A stretch of 64,000 nucleotides of DNA from Patescibacteria group bacterium (GCA_039934415.1 JBDTME010000004.1:632-64631), one strand, 5' to 3'. Counted from the first letter of the stretch, positions 1-10,770 are shown. Numbers and translations: made by a program. Notes: generated by a model from the letters alone, not told the origin.

Positions 1-19
1 CCCGCTCGCACTTATCTCT

Positions 20-1144
20 TTGCTCCTAATGATTATTCTTGTTCAAACTCGAGATTCTGAGCGCTTAAGTTTTTCCCAAGCTATTGAGTTAGGTTTGATT
101 TCCGGTTTTGGCTTTCATTTTTCAACTGCGTATGCCATATTCTACCCATTAATTATTGGAATCTGTTTATGGCATCAGAAAGTGAAATGGAAATGGAATC
201 ATTTTTTCTTATATGCAGTTTGTTTTTGGATTCCCTGGCTGCCACAGGTGGTGTTTGACTTTCGTCACCAGTTTCTCCAGATAAAGTCAGTGATTGCATA
301 TATTTGGGGACCGCGCTTGCTCGATTTTTCAGTTTGGAGGGTGATCCAAACAATGGGAACGATTAGCTCAACATTATTTTGGGCTAACTTGCCAGGTGTA
401 TCACTCATTGGTCAAAGTTTTCAAGTAAAGACCGGTTTCGCAATTGGTGTCTTTTTGTTTGTACTGTTCCTACGACAAATGATCAAGAAAAATTTGGCCA
501 AGAAGAATATGTTGTTTGAGGCGTGGATGTTTATCTTGGTGCCTTTTTTGGGGTACACGCTTTTGCATTTTAGTGTTTGGTATGTGGTGGGAATGTATCC
601 TGCAGGTGCGTTAATCATCTCCCACTATTTTTCCTCATTTCAAAAGAAGTGGCAGCTAGCTGTCTTAAGTTTGTATATTATGGCAGCTCTTTTCTCGATT
701 GGGGAATATGCCTCAAAGGGCAGAGAACAATTTTTAAAAGGGAGAAATTTTTTACCAGTAAAAATTGAAGCACTAGGAACGGTGCGAAAGTTGGCAAATG
801 GTCAGCCATTTTCTTCATATGAATTTGTGCCTGATGTCTATGATTACACGTATCAATACCTCTATTTTTGGCAGGCGCAGCACGGTTGGCAGTTACCTGT
901 GGAGTTCAGCTATCAACCTAATGTAGCAACATATTATCAACAAAAGGAAGATTTATTAAAAAGTTTTGCTGAGGAAGTGCCTCCCCCTGGGACCAAGCCG
1001 AAGTATCTGTTTTTTATTGTTGAAAAGCCAATCTATCAGAACGTATTGGATGAGTGGTGGACGCATCAATTACCACACAGAGTTATTAATGAAGTGAAAA
1101 TTTCTGAAGAGCTGACAATATATCAGGCCGTGCCGACCGAATAG
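20..1144 (+). CDS. polytopic membrane protein, 5'-truncated at window edge (possible membrane glycosyltransferase-like protein with soluble C-terminal domain)
   Basis: Reading frame stays open back to base 2, so the N-terminus lies outside the window. Several hydrophobic segments (GFGFHFSTAYAIFYPLIIGICLW, AIGVFLFVLFL, FILVPFLGYTLLHF) are followed by a Tyr/Trp-rich soluble tail. Confidence 0.35.
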   Translation: MLLMIILVQTRDSERLSFSQAIELGLISGFGFHFSTAYAIFYPLIIGICLWHQKVKWKWNHFFLYAVCFWIPWLPQVVFDFRHQFLQIKSVIAYIWGPRLLDFSVWRVIQTMGTISSTLFWANLPGVSLIGQSFQVKTGFAIGVFLFVLFLRQMIKKNLAKKNMLFEAWMFILVPFLGYTLLHFSVWYVVGMYPAGALIISHYFSSFQKKWQLAVLSLYIMAALFSIGEYASKGREQFLKGRNFLPVKIEALGTVRKLANGQPFSSYEFVPDVYDYTYQYLYFWQAQHGWQLPVEFSYQPNVATYYQQKEDLLKSFAEEVPPPGTKPKYLFFIVEKPIYQNVLDEWWTHQLPHRVINEVKISEELTIYQAVPTE

Positions 1145-1150
1145 AAAATA

Positions 1151-1945
1151 CTATCCACTTTGTCTGGTTAATCCCTGACCTTCTTGTCCGAATTGATATT
1201 GAGAGCCATATTTGGCAGAATTTTGCATGAAGAGTGATTTATTTTTTTTGCCATGAAAGGCTTGCATCCACGTATTGCCCTCTTTGACTCGTTTAGTAAG
1301 AAGAACTAAGAAGTTACGAAGTTGAGTGAAGAAATTTTCGTAGTATTTACCCGCTTCACCTTTACCCTGAAAGACTGCTGTATGGACGCTTTGATCAACG
1401 TTTCCACTCATTTTAGCAATTTCATTCACCAGTTGACCCAGCTCTTCTTTGATCTGGGTGATCATTTGCTCGCTTTTTTTCTTCTCTAAATCGAAGACTT
1501 CAGTCATTTGCATCTCTTTATGCTGAGCGAGATGTTTTTGTTTTTTCATCTCCTCTGACATCTCACCGTTCTTTTCTTGTTCCTTCTTGAGTGCGTCGGC
1601 AAAGAGATTATTCCCACCATTGTCTGAAGTGTTATCTGACTGTTTGGAATTTGAAGAGTTGTTGTCTCCACCAAAGCCAAACAAAGAATCAGCAACAAAG
1701 TCGAGCGATGCATCAATGTGCTCACCAAGGGTTTGGCTTTTATTATCTGATCTCTTGCTGCCACCCATCTCGATTAGTGAGTTGGCAAAAGGATTCACTG
1801 CTGGTGGTTTATGGCTCTGTTGGGATTGGCCAAACTTATTATTCATCATTTTCAGTTTTAAAACGCAAAATACACCGCAACCTATGTTTTTTGAGATAGG
1901 ACCAGTGTCGGCATAATTTGGGGCGATTATACCTCCAAGCCGCAA
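1151..1945 (-). CDS. hypothetical protein with a low-complexity N/S/G/K-rich N-terminal half; likely true start at the internal MMNNKF
   Basis: 264-codon ORF with no recognisable catalytic motif; Lys/Glu-rich helical C-terminal part. Confidence 0.4.
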   Translation of the reverse strand: MRLGGIIAPNYADTGPISKNIGCGVFCVLKLKMMNNKFGQSQQSHKPPAVNPFANSLIEMGGSKRSDNKSQTLGEHIDASLDFVADSLFGFGGDNNSSNSKQSDNTSDNGGNNLFADALKKEQEKNGEMSEEMKKQKHLAQHKEMQMTEVFDLEKKKSEQMITQIKEELGQLVNEIAKMSGNVDQSVHTAVFQGKGEAGKYYENFFTQLRNFLVLLTKRVKEGNTWMQAFHGKKNKSLFMQNSAKYGSQYQFGQEGQGLTRQSG

Positions 1946-1957
1946 GGTTTAATAGAT

Positions 1958-2896
1958 CTACTTGAGAGCAAGCAGGTATTCGAAGACTTTTTGTTTCCGC
2001 ATCATCGCTTGTACCTGTGAGCGTTTTGCGGGTGTGACCGTGGTTGGATCAGGATAGTTCTTAGTGATCATCTCATCAAGTTCTTTTTCCTTTGTTTCAA
2101 TTTTTTGATCTAACGCAATACCGTCAAGGATAATTTCGAGCTGCCAGCTAGCCAATGCACGACCAACATACTCTTGTTGAAGATCGGCTTCATCTTTACC
2201 CATCGACTTCAAATAACTAGGAAGTTCGATGTTATACATCTTCATTTGTTGTGCGAGTTGATCAAGCTGTTGTTGAGCTTCCTGGCGAACGAGTAACTCT
2301 GGAATGATAGGTTTGATTGACTCACGCAAGGCAGCGAGAATAGCGTTGAGTTTTTGATCTTTCAATGTCTGTTCATCAACTTTCTCAGTTTCTGGTGTAG
2401 GTTCTTTTTTTGCGTCAGGTTTGGCTAGTTTTTTTTGATCTGTGTCAAATTGCTTAGCAGCTTTCGATGCGATTTGCTCATATTTCCCTAGCTCGGCTGT
2501 AGGTCTCTCAGCGATGTGTGCATGAAACACCCAGTCTTTCCCCATTTCCATACTGGTAGGGTGGATTTCAGGATCACTGATTGGCTTAGCGTTAGCCTTT
2601 TTAACTGCTTCGACATAAGCTTGTGGCAACACTTTTTCAGCAGTTTCCTGGTACAGTCGTTCAAGACCGACCATCTGTTCGACCATCTTGATTGGAGCAT
2701 GACCTTTACGAAAACCGTCAGTTTTAACCAATGGCTGGTATTTGTGCAGGATTGCTTGATAGGCTACATCGACTTGTGCCCAAGGAATGGAGAAATCGAT
2801 TTGTTTACTGTCCCCGATCTCTGGATGTCGTTTGGGATCTGAAGCGTGAGAATGGGTGTGGGTATCGTCTGGTTGGGTTGTGTTTGGTTTTGCCAT
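1958..2896 (-). CDS. tig: trigger factor (short form, ribosome-binding N-domain and C-domain, no obvious FKBP/PPIase domain)
   Basis: N-terminal region carries the trigger-factor signature DGFRKGHAPIKMVEQMVG (cf. GFRxGKVP). The protein is 312 aa with a long acidic/Lys-rich chaperone arm. Confidence 0.7.
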   Translation of the reverse strand: MAKPNTTQPDDTHTHSHASDPKRHPEIGDSKQIDFSIPWAQVDVAYQAILHKYQPLVKTDGFRKGHAPIKMVEQMVGLERLYQETAEKVLPQAYVEAVKKANAKPISDPEIHPTSMEMGKDWVFHAHIAERPTAELGKYEQIASKAAKQFDTDQKKLAKPDAKKEPTPETEKVDEQTLKDQKLNAILAALRESIKPIIPELLVRQEAQQQLDQLAQQMKMYNIELPSYLKSMGKDEADLQQEYVGRALASWQLEIILDGIALDQKIETKEKELDEMITKNYPDPTTVTPAKRSQVQAMMRKQKVFEYLLALK

Positions 2897-2953
2897 TGGC
2901 AGATTTTATCATATTCTCGAAGAGATGTCAGAAAGTGTACAATAGCCTCATCT

Positions 2954-4195
2954 ATGAACACACGTCCTACCGTACTCATTCTTGCAGCAGGCGAAAACTC
3001 CCGCTTCTTCCCGTTTAATACCGCCAAACATAAGGCTGCACTTGAAATGCTTGGTGAACCGCTGATTGTCCGAACGTTACGAAATCTTCAAGAAAACCAT
3101 TTCTCTGATGTTGTCATTGTCGTGTCTGAAAAGGATTACGGTGGTAAAGGCTTAAGTGTGGCACTGCAAAGATATGACTTAGATCTCAAAATTTCGTTTG
3201 TATTACAGTCTAAACCACTAGGTGGTGGTGACGCGGTATTATGTGCTCAAGAACATCTTCGTGAACGATTTTTTGTGATTAATCCATACTACGTTGGTGT
3301 GGGTGAGGTATTAGAAAGGCTTTTGAAAGAATCGACACAAAATGTGCTGGCTGCGACAGAAACAGATCGACCCTGGGAGTATGGAATATTTGAATTGGAT
3401 GGTGAACGAGTTGTTGGCATTATCGAAAAACCAGAAGTTGGTACTGAGCCGTCTCGTTTAAAAAACGAGGTGTTACATTTACTTGGTCAAGAATTTTTAA
3501 GCATCTTGAAAAATCTGCCTTCAGAACAGAACAGTTATGAAAAAGCCTTGGATCATTTGATTAAAAAAACTACTGTGGGCATTGTAAAATTAGCTATTCC
3601 CCTTGCCTCTTTGAAATATCCTTGGCATTTGTTTGATTACCAATCACTATTATTTAGTAGAACAGAATCAAGCACTGCAATTGATGCACACGTTTCCCCT
3701 ACTGCTGTAATTGATGACACAAAAGGTCCAGTCGTGATTGAAAGTGGTGCATACATCGGTCATGCCGTAAAACTGCTTGGTCCATGTTATATCGGTCGAC
3801 ACGCGTATGTGGGAGATTTCTCATTCATTCGAGGTGCTAGTCTAGAAGAAGGTGTGGTCATTGGATCAAATACTGAAGTTGCCAGATCAATCTTTTTTCC
3901 GCATTCAGATATTCATTTTGGTTACATTGCGGATTCTATTGTTGGAGTAGGTGTGACGATCGGAGCCGGATTAATCACTGCAAATAAGCGACATGATCGA
4001 GAGAATGTGTTAGTTGAAGTCAAAGGTAGAAAAGTGGATTGTGGCGCAAACAGATTGGGCGCAATGTTTGGTGATGGAGCCAAGATTGGGGTCAGAACAA
4101 CTACAATGCCAGGTGTGATTGTAGGCGCAGCTGCAACTGTTTTTCCTTCAATGACTGTATATAAGAATGTTGAGAGTGGTGCAGTACTTAAATAA
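2954..4195 (+). CDS. sugar-phosphate nucleotidyltransferase with C-terminal left-handed beta-helix (GlmU/GMP-like bifunctional fold)
   Basis: Start moved to ATG 2954 (MNTRPTVLILAAGENSRF matches the NTP-transferase G-x-G-x-R motif), which avoids overlap with tig. The C-terminal half shows hexapeptide repeats (IGHAVKLLGPCYIGRHAYVGDFSFIRGASLEEGVVIGSNTEV). Confidence 0.7.
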   Translation: MNTRPTVLILAAGENSRFFPFNTAKHKAALEMLGEPLIVRTLRNLQENHFSDVVIVVSEKDYGGKGLSVALQRYDLDLKISFVLQSKPLGGGDAVLCAQEHLRERFFVINPYYVGVGEVLERLLKESTQNVLAATETDRPWEYGIFELDGERVVGIIEKPEVGTEPSRLKNEVLHLLGQEFLSILKNLPSEQNSYEKALDHLIKKTTVGIVKLAIPLASLKYPWHLFDYQSLLFSRTESSTAIDAHVSPTAVIDDTKGPVVIESGAYIGHAVKLLGPCYIGRHAYVGDFSFIRGASLEEGVVIGSNTEVARSIFFPHSDIHFGYIADSIVGVGVTIGAGLITANKRHDRENVLVEVKGRKVDCGANRLGAMFGDGAKIGVRTTTMPGVIVGAAATVFPSMTVYKNVESGAVLK

Positions 4196-4240
4196 AAACG
4201 CTTTATAATTTTTCAGAATCATTCGCATTTTTTAAACACT

Positions 4241-5353
4241 ATGTCTTCTAGTTTTTCATCACTAAAAACATTTCGAAAAGAAACAACACCTCGTATTCTC
4301 AAGACGTTAGAAGATTTTTTTGATAACCAACTCAAAAAGGCAGAAGAAAAAGATGAGGTCTTGTTAGAAACTGTTCAGTTATTGAAAGAGTTTACTTTAC
4401 GAGGCGGCAAACGAGTGGGACCATTAATGGTCATCCTGGGATATCAGCTGGCACAGGCTTTGAGCCCCAAAAAATCAGAAGGTGGTGACATTATTCGAGC
4501 AGCAGTTTCTGTTGAAATACATCATCTGTATTTATTAAATTTAGACGACATGGCAGATAGAGATATTCTACGTCATGGTGGCAAGACATTAGAGGAATAT
4601 TATCGCTCTGAGATTTTTCAAGCGTGGCCTGATAAAGACCACCATGGTCGAACTTTTTCTTCAATCGCTGGAGCTTTACTAAACTCTTTTACTTTTGAGC
4701 TGATCAGAACATCTGGTTTTGAAGCTGAAAAAATTCTGGCTGCAGAGGGTGTGATTATTGATATGCTGTTTGGCGACACAGTGGCAGGTTGGCAAATTCA
4801 GTACTTCCAAAACAATGAATCAATTTCAACTGTGAGTGAAAAACGATTTTTGAAAGGTTTGGAGTTTGTAACAAGTCGATACAAATTTGTTGGGACACTG
4901 TTAATAGGTTTGGCTTTGGCACTTGACCCGAGTGATGAGCACTTTCCTCAACTAAAGCAGATTTTTACTGAGTATGGTAAGCATGTTGGAATTGCTTTTC
5001 AAATACAAGACGATATCTTGGGTTTGTTTGGTGATCCAAAAGAAACTGGTAAGGCAGTTGGTAATGATGTTCGCGAAGGAAAAAAGACTTTATTGATACA
5101 GTATGCATATCGTAACGGGAATGCACAGCAGAGAAAACTAATTGAATCTGCACTCAATACACCACTTTCTCAAACTGAATTGGAAAAGATTCAAAAAGTG
5201 GTCACTGAAACTGGGTCACTCGCCTACTCTCATCAACTAGCTGAACAACACGTACTCGCTGCTGTTACGGTTTTAGAGCCGCTTGCCTCTGAGTTCCCAC
5301 AGGTCCAAGTGTTAAGAGAGCTGGCTCAGTATATGATCCAACGATCAGTGTAA
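4241..5353 (+). CDS. polyprenyl (isoprenyl) diphosphate synthase
   Basis: First Asp-rich motif LNLDDMADRD and second Asp-rich motif FQIQDDILG are present. Confidence 0.8.
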   Translation: MSSSFSSLKTFRKETTPRILKTLEDFFDNQLKKAEEKDEVLLETVQLLKEFTLRGGKRVGPLMVILGYQLAQALSPKKSEGGDIIRAAVSVEIHHLYLLNLDDMADRDILRHGGKTLEEYYRSEIFQAWPDKDHHGRTFSSIAGALLNSFTFELIRTSGFEAEKILAAEGVIIDMLFGDTVAGWQIQYFQNNESISTVSEKRFLKGLEFVTSRYKFVGTLLIGLALALDPSDEHFPQLKQIFTEYGKHVGIAFQIQDDILGLFGDPKETGKAVGNDVREGKKTLLIQYAYRNGNAQQRKLIESALNTPLSQTELEKIQKVVTETGSLAYSHQLAEQHVLAAVTVLEPLASEFPQVQVLRELAQYMIQRSV

Positions 5354-7939
5354 TTAATTATGCATCAGCATTCCATTGGAAGACTGTTGTTTCACTTTCT
5401 TAGAAGTTCGTGGTGAAAGTGGTTTTTTTAAAGCAACTTTTAAGACTTCATCCATATGCTCCACAAAGTGGAACTTAATCTGTTTTTTAACTGAGTCAGG
5501 AATTTCTTCCATATCTCTCTCGTTCTTTTTTGGCAAGATTGCGATGGTGCTACCCGCTCTTTTAGCTGCGATCAATTTTTCCTTGAGACCACCAATTGGG
5601 AGTACTCGACCGCGCAATGTGACTTCACCTGTCATACAGACCTCTCGTTTGACTGGGATGTCGGTAAACGCAGAGACGATTGCAGTGGTAATCGTAATAC
5701 CTGCTGATGGTCCATCTTTAGGCACAGCTCCTTCTGGGACGTGAATGTGGACGTCAGTTTCCTGCATTTTCTTTGCACTGATACCGAGTTTTTCTGCCTG
5801 TGATTTAACGTAAGTCAATGCGATTTGAGCTGACTCTTTCATGACATCACCCAATGTACCTGTGAGTTTTACTAGACCTTTACCTTGAGTCAGAGTAACT
5901 TCTATGAACAATACGTCTCCCCCAACACTCGTCCAAGCTAGACCTGTAGCTAAGCCGATTTCATCTTTTGCTTCAGCAAGGGTGTGGTCATATTGTTCTG
6001 GACCCAATAGTTTAGACACATCATTCTGACCGATTTTCTGGCTTTTAATTTCACCATCGGCCAGTTTTTTAGCTATTTTTCTGACCAATTTACCGGTTTG
6101 ACGTTCCATTTCTCGCACACCAGCTTCTCTGGTATAGTGCTGAATAATGGTTGTAATAGCATCATCACTGATCGTGACCTGTAGTGGAGTAACTCCGTTA
6201 TTTCCTAATACTTTTTCTAACAGATGATCTTTGACAATATGGAACTTTTCTTCTTCTGTATAACCAGAGTACTGAATAATCTCCAATCGATCGCGTAAAG
6301 CAGGTGGGATAGTTTGAAGAGTGTTAGCTGTCGTAATAAATAACACTTCAGATAAGTCAAAAGGTACTTCTAGGTAGTGATCAGAAAATTCATGATTTTG
6401 TTCAGGATCTAATGCTTCTAACAGTGCAGCCGAAGGATCACCACGAAAATCTGTCCCAATTTTATCAATTTCATCCATCATAAATACCGGATTTTTTTTC
6501 TTGGCTTGTTGCATTCCGTTAATAATACGTCCTGGCATTGCACCAACGTATGTTCGACGATGACCACGGATTTCAGCTTCATCCCTGATGCCGCCCAATG
6601 AAATTTTGACAAACTCTCGACCGAGTGCTTCAGCGATGGATTTACCAATACTGGTTTTTCCGACCCCAGGTGCGCCGACAAAACACAAGATAGTTGGAGC
6701 CTTCCTATCTTTATTGTCTTTTTGTTTTGCCTTAAGTTGAATGACGGCCAGGTATTCAATGATACGGTCTTTGACTTCTTTTAGACCGTAGTGATTTTTA
6801 TCCAGCACTTTTTGTGCTTTCTTTAGTGAAACTGTGCCTTTGCTTCTTGATGTCCATGGAAGGTCGGCAATAGTTTCAATCCAGTTATTGATGTATCCAG
6901 CTTCTGGATTGTTCATCGACATCCGATCAAGACGTTTGAGTTCTTTTTCTACTTTTTCCGCCACTTTCTTGGGCATTTTGACTTTAGCAATTCGTTCACG
7001 GAGTTCATCAATTTCTTCTTCCTCGTCTTTTTCTCCTTCACCAAGTTCTTTCTTCATCATCCGAATACGTTCTCGCAACACACTATCTTTCATATGTTTA
7101 TCAAATTGTTGCTGCGTTTTATTGATGATGTCGCGCTCTATCTGGTAAGTATGTAATTCTTTGGATAGTTCTTGTACTACCGCTTCTAAACGCACTTCGA
7201 CATCAACTGTCTCCAGGATCTTTTGCTTTTTGTGGGTCGTGATTTGGAGAGTGCTCGCAATTTGATCTGCTAGCTCACCTGCATTCACACCACTCATTAA
7301 CTTCATAAAGTTAAGAAATTCTACTGGTTTTCCAAGATTTACGGCCGTGTTGAAAAGTTTGGATAAATGTTTTGATAACGCAGTGATTTTGTCTTTATCA
7401 CGAACGATGTCTTCTAATATTTCTACCTCTGCCATCAGACATTCTTCTCCGGCGATAATGCGGACAATTTTTGCTCTTTTCTTACCCTGAACTAATGCAT
7501 TTATTTGATTGTTGGTATTAAGTGTTCTTTCGATGCTGACGAGTGTTCCAATTGTATATAAATCTTTTTCTGCTGGATCATCAACATTTTTGTTTTTCTG
7601 GGCGACGAGCACGACTGTGTTTTGTGTCTGTTCGGCTTTTAGTATCGCTGCAACTGATTTTTTGCGGCCGAAATTCAATACTGCTTCTGTCTGCGGAAAC
7701 ATAATACCTTCACGAACAGCGATTAGCGGTAAAAGTAGTGTGTTTTTCTTAGGAATGATTTGATTCGAATGAGGGTTTTCAGCTCCACTGCCGATAGAAT
7801 ATATCGTTGTAGGTGCACTTTCTTTAGGTGTAAGCTTTGTTGTTTCTTGAGCACCAACTTTCACCAATTTTGTAGGTTTTACCTCTGTTATCACATCTGG
7901 CAATTTGGCTTTATCGAGTTTTTTCTTGATGTCTGTCAT
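5354..7939 (-). CDS. lon: ATP-dependent protease Lon
   Basis: Walker A GAPGVGKTS, an AAA+ module, and a C-terminal Ser-Lys protease domain with PKDGPSAGITITTAIVSAF; 861 aa. Confidence 0.95.
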   Translation of the reverse strand: MTDIKKKLDKAKLPDVITEVKPTKLVKVGAQETTKLTPKESAPTTIYSIGSGAENPHSNQIIPKKNTLLLPLIAVREGIMFPQTEAVLNFGRKKSVAAILKAEQTQNTVVLVAQKNKNVDDPAEKDLYTIGTLVSIERTLNTNNQINALVQGKKRAKIVRIIAGEECLMAEVEILEDIVRDKDKITALSKHLSKLFNTAVNLGKPVEFLNFMKLMSGVNAGELADQIASTLQITTHKKQKILETVDVEVRLEAVVQELSKELHTYQIERDIINKTQQQFDKHMKDSVLRERIRMMKKELGEGEKDEEEEIDELRERIAKVKMPKKVAEKVEKELKRLDRMSMNNPEAGYINNWIETIADLPWTSRSKGTVSLKKAQKVLDKNHYGLKEVKDRIIEYLAVIQLKAKQKDNKDRKAPTILCFVGAPGVGKTSIGKSIAEALGREFVKISLGGIRDEAEIRGHRRTYVGAMPGRIINGMQQAKKKNPVFMMDEIDKIGTDFRGDPSAALLEALDPEQNHEFSDHYLEVPFDLSEVLFITTANTLQTIPPALRDRLEIIQYSGYTEEEKFHIVKDHLLEKVLGNNGVTPLQVTISDDAITTIIQHYTREAGVREMERQTGKLVRKIAKKLADGEIKSQKIGQNDVSKLLGPEQYDHTLAEAKDEIGLATGLAWTSVGGDVLFIEVTLTQGKGLVKLTGTLGDVMKESAQIALTYVKSQAEKLGISAKKMQETDVHIHVPEGAVPKDGPSAGITITTAIVSAFTDIPVKREVCMTGEVTLRGRVLPIGGLKEKLIAAKRAGSTIAILPKKNERDMEEIPDSVKKQIKFHFVEHMDEVLKVALKKPLSPRTSKKVKQQSSNGMLMHN

Positions 7940-8122
7940 GGAGTCCTTTTATCACTAGTTTTAGCATTCTAAATGAAAGACTGCTAATTGGCAACTATCA
8001 ATTTAAAGTAGCATTTTTAGATGTGGAAAAACTTTGAGGTCAGTAATACCGTCGTGACAGTTACTAAGCAGGTGAGGATGATGAACAGGGAAAACGAGAA
8101 TTTCATCGAAATTCTACTTTCC

Positions 8123-8491
8123 TCAGCGAATAAAGATCCCGATAAAGGTCTGAGTGAGGCTGAGTAAAAATGACATCAGGACAAGTGTCCCAAACTCGCC
8201 GAGTTGAATGCCTAGTAGTATGGTAGGTTGAATGGCGAATCCTGGTACAATCTGAGTGGCCAGCCAGAGAATAAAGACGTTAATGACCCAAGAGAAAAGG
8301 CCGAGTGTAACTATATTTATAGGAAGGAACATGATTTTGAGAATTGGTCTCAAAATCATTTGAAGGAGTGATAAAACTATGCCCGCGATAATTAAACTCA
8401 AATAATCGTTAACACGGACTGTCGGAACGAGAAAAGAAAGCAGTGCAATTGCTAAGATGGTTTGGATAAAACGCATGAGTAATTGTTTCAT
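8123..8491 (-). CDS. small 4-TM membrane protein, phage-holin-4/DUF360-like
   Basis: 122 aa, almost entirely hydrophobic helices with Gly/Pro breaks, typical of the YvlD/holin-like family. Confidence 0.45.
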   Translation of the reverse strand: MKQLLMRFIQTILAIALLSFLVPTVRVNDYLSLIIAGIVLSLLQMILRPILKIMFLPINIVTLGLFSWVINVFILWLATQIVPGFAIQPTILLGIQLGEFGTLVLMSFLLSLTQTFIGIFIR

Positions 8492-8564
8492 AGACTTCAG
8501 TCTGGATAGTAAATATACTCTAACCGATTCTTAACGGAGTGTAAAGCGATTTTTTAAAAAGTGC

Positions 8565-10484
8565 TCATTCTTGTTGTAACCTACGAGCTTGGTTTCTTTT
8601 TTTGACAAAACCTTTATACATCTTCAGTACGAACAAGACGAATACTACAGTAAATAGAAAACTCCCCGTGAAGTATGCAATATATTGGATATTAATGTGA
8701 AGTTGTTGAAGTTTGGAACTGGCAATAACTTGATGATTAGTTTCATCTGTTCCAAGTCTCACCGTGATATTTTCTGTTTTTGTTTTGAACCACTCATCAC
8801 CGATTGCTTCAAAGGGAACTTCAATTGCTTGATATGGCAATAGTCGTTCAACTTCAGACTTACTCAAACTCAGTGAAATGTCGCTGGGTGAGTTTAAAGC
8901 TATTGGGAGGTGGTACCAAGCTGTGCCCGTTTTATTTGTAATGATCAAGGCGTGTTTACCTAACAAGTTAAAAAATGAGGAAAAAGGTTGGTCAATTTTC
9001 ACATCAATATCTGGTCGTGTCACTAAATCGTGATCAGTGACGTTCACAAAAACGTCCTTATCTTCTTGTCCGTCATATTTATATGACCCTGCGGGATATG
9101 GTTTTTCACTCGACATGCCTTGATACGCAAATACAAAATGACTGAAATCCAGGTGAGTAAAGTAATCTACTCCTCCAGTTGTATTAGTCCAAGTAGGATC
9201 CACAGGAACCCATTTCTGAGTATCTTCATCAAAGTATTCTGGCCAAGCGTGCAATACATCTTTGACCAAACTGAGTGGGCGAATTTGGGAGTTATTTGTG
9301 TAGGCAAAGCCGGTTGCCTGGCGAGCAGGTATATTATTAGCTCGGGCTATCGCAATGAAAACATCGGTGAATTCTTGGCAGACTGCATTCGTACTATTAT
9401 CTAGAGCAGCTTTGGCGCCTTGTCTATTTGTATTATTACTAATTCTCTCGTAGTTATACTGAAGTGCTTTAACGTCAAAATCGAAGATTTGACGGGGGGT
9501 CGAATATTTTTTTGCTATATTTTCAATAATAGGGTCTTTCACTTCCCAATACATGTCTTGTCTAATATGCTGCGGTTGTGGTTGTGTGATTGGTGTGTCT
9601 AAAGTTGGCTCAAGGAAAATTGTAGCGATGCCTTTCGTTGTTACTGTTTGATTTTGGTTTGCTTCTAGAATGTACGTAGCAATCCAGTTTCCATCAAGAT
9701 CAACTTCAATTCTTTCTGGTCTAGGGCTAATTTCGCTGTACTTCACTTTTTGATACAGTGTGTCCGGAGGAAGAGTAATTTGAGTTACTCCCCGATTGCT
9801 CGTCTGATTTTGAAGATTGAAGTTGAGTGAAAAGTCAAAATATTGTTTTTCACCAAAAATTATCGAAACACCATCTAAGCTATTTCTTTGATCAAATGTC
9901 AGAATGTTTTGATCACCTGTCGTGGTTAAAGTGTAATTAGAGGGATTAGCAATTGTTGGCTGTCCAAATTTCTTGGGAATTTTGAGAATTGATGTGTATG
10001 TATTGAAACCATCTGGGTCTGCAATCTTTGGAGTGTAGACTTCAAGTACGTTTCCGGAAATGATGGCTGAGTCTGGGTCGTCAAAATCGATGCTAAACTT
10101 ACGTTCCTTGTCTCTTCCTACCACAATGTCAGGAAACTCTATCCCTATTGTGGTTCCACTATCCGTTTTGACAATATTAGTTATAAGATTCGTCCCTGTT
10201 ATTAAATCTTTAATCTTAATATTTGTGATTTTGTTTGAGTTGACTTCTAATCCATACTTGGTGATATATACAGTACTCAACTTATTTTTTAAGGAAAAAA
10301 CTTTAGAAATATGCGTATTTCCAGTTAAATCAACAGTTTGAGTATTGGTGAGAGAAGAAGTAAAGTCTGTGGAAGCGGCGACAGGATTGAAAAGACCGAT
10401 GCGAAGAAATATAATGAAACTGAGGAAGCAGGAAAGAAAAGAGAAGCTAAAGCGTCGGATACTCGATATTTTCATGTATCTCAT
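8565..10484 (-). CDS. secreted/membrane-anchored transglutaminase-like cysteine protease domain protein
   Basis: N-terminal signal/TM segment. Transglutaminase core: Cys in NAVCQEFTDVFIAIARANNIPARQATGFAY, His in DVLHAWPEYFDEDTQKWVPVDPT. C-terminal TM (FTGSFLFTVVFVLFVL) and a basic tail. Confidence 0.6.
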   Translation of the reverse strand: MRYMKISSIRRFSFSFLSCFLSFIIFLRIGLFNPVAASTDFTSSLTNTQTVDLTGNTHISKVFSLKNKLSTVYITKYGLEVNSNKITNIKIKDLITGTNLITNIVKTDSGTTIGIEFPDIVVGRDKERKFSIDFDDPDSAIISGNVLEVYTPKIADPDGFNTYTSILKIPKKFGQPTIANPSNYTLTTTGDQNILTFDQRNSLDGVSIIFGEKQYFDFSLNFNLQNQTSNRGVTQITLPPDTLYQKVKYSEISPRPERIEVDLDGNWIATYILEANQNQTVTTKGIATIFLEPTLDTPITQPQPQHIRQDMYWEVKDPIIENIAKKYSTPRQIFDFDVKALQYNYERISNNTNRQGAKAALDNSTNAVCQEFTDVFIAIARANNIPARQATGFAYTNNSQIRPLSLVKDVLHAWPEYFDEDTQKWVPVDPTWTNTTGGVDYFTHLDFSHFVFAYQGMSSEKPYPAGSYKYDGQEDKDVFVNVTDHDLVTRPDIDVKIDQPFSSFFNLLGKHALIITNKTGTAWYHLPIALNSPSDISLSLSKSEVERLLPYQAIEVPFEAIGDEWFKTKTENITVRLGTDETNHQVIASSKLQQLHINIQYIAYFTGSFLFTVVFVLFVLKMYKGFVKKRNQARRLQQE

Positions 10485-10552
10485 TTAAAGCGTTGTATGT
10501 TGTGCTTCATTACATTTAAGAACTATTATAGTTTTTTTACTAGAAAGTAGCT

Positions 10553-10729
10553 ATGTCACTTCATATCAACAGAGAAGGTTTGAGTCGCACGAGAGTTGGT
10601 CAAACTGATGTATTAGATCCAGCCAAATTGGCGGAAGTAAAACCCTATTTACCAGATGCTTCTAAAGCTATTCTGAAACTGGCAATCAACCTTCGGAAAC
10701 AAAAAAGAATGAGAATGCAACTAAGTTAA
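10553..10729 (+). CDS. small hypothetical protein (58 aa), not in the ORF track
   Basis: ATG at 10553, TAA at 10727; MSLHINREGLSRTRVGQTDVLDPAKLAEVKPYLPDASKAILKLAINLRKQKRMRMQLS; weak GAAAG RBS. Confidence 0.25.
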   Translation: MSLHINREGLSRTRVGQTDVLDPAKLAEVKPYLPDASKAILKLAINLRKQKRMRMQLS

Positions 10730-10770
10730 ATAAAAATCTCAGAAAGTCAGTTTAATTATTTTTAGAATTT

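Noticed and set aside
2488-2842. Numerous 60-130-aa track ORFs embedded antisense or out of frame within large conserved genes (for example 2516-2842, 5376-5744, 16293-16673, 23946-24263)
   Set aside because: They overlap well-supported genes and have no RBS or motifs, so they are treated as noise.
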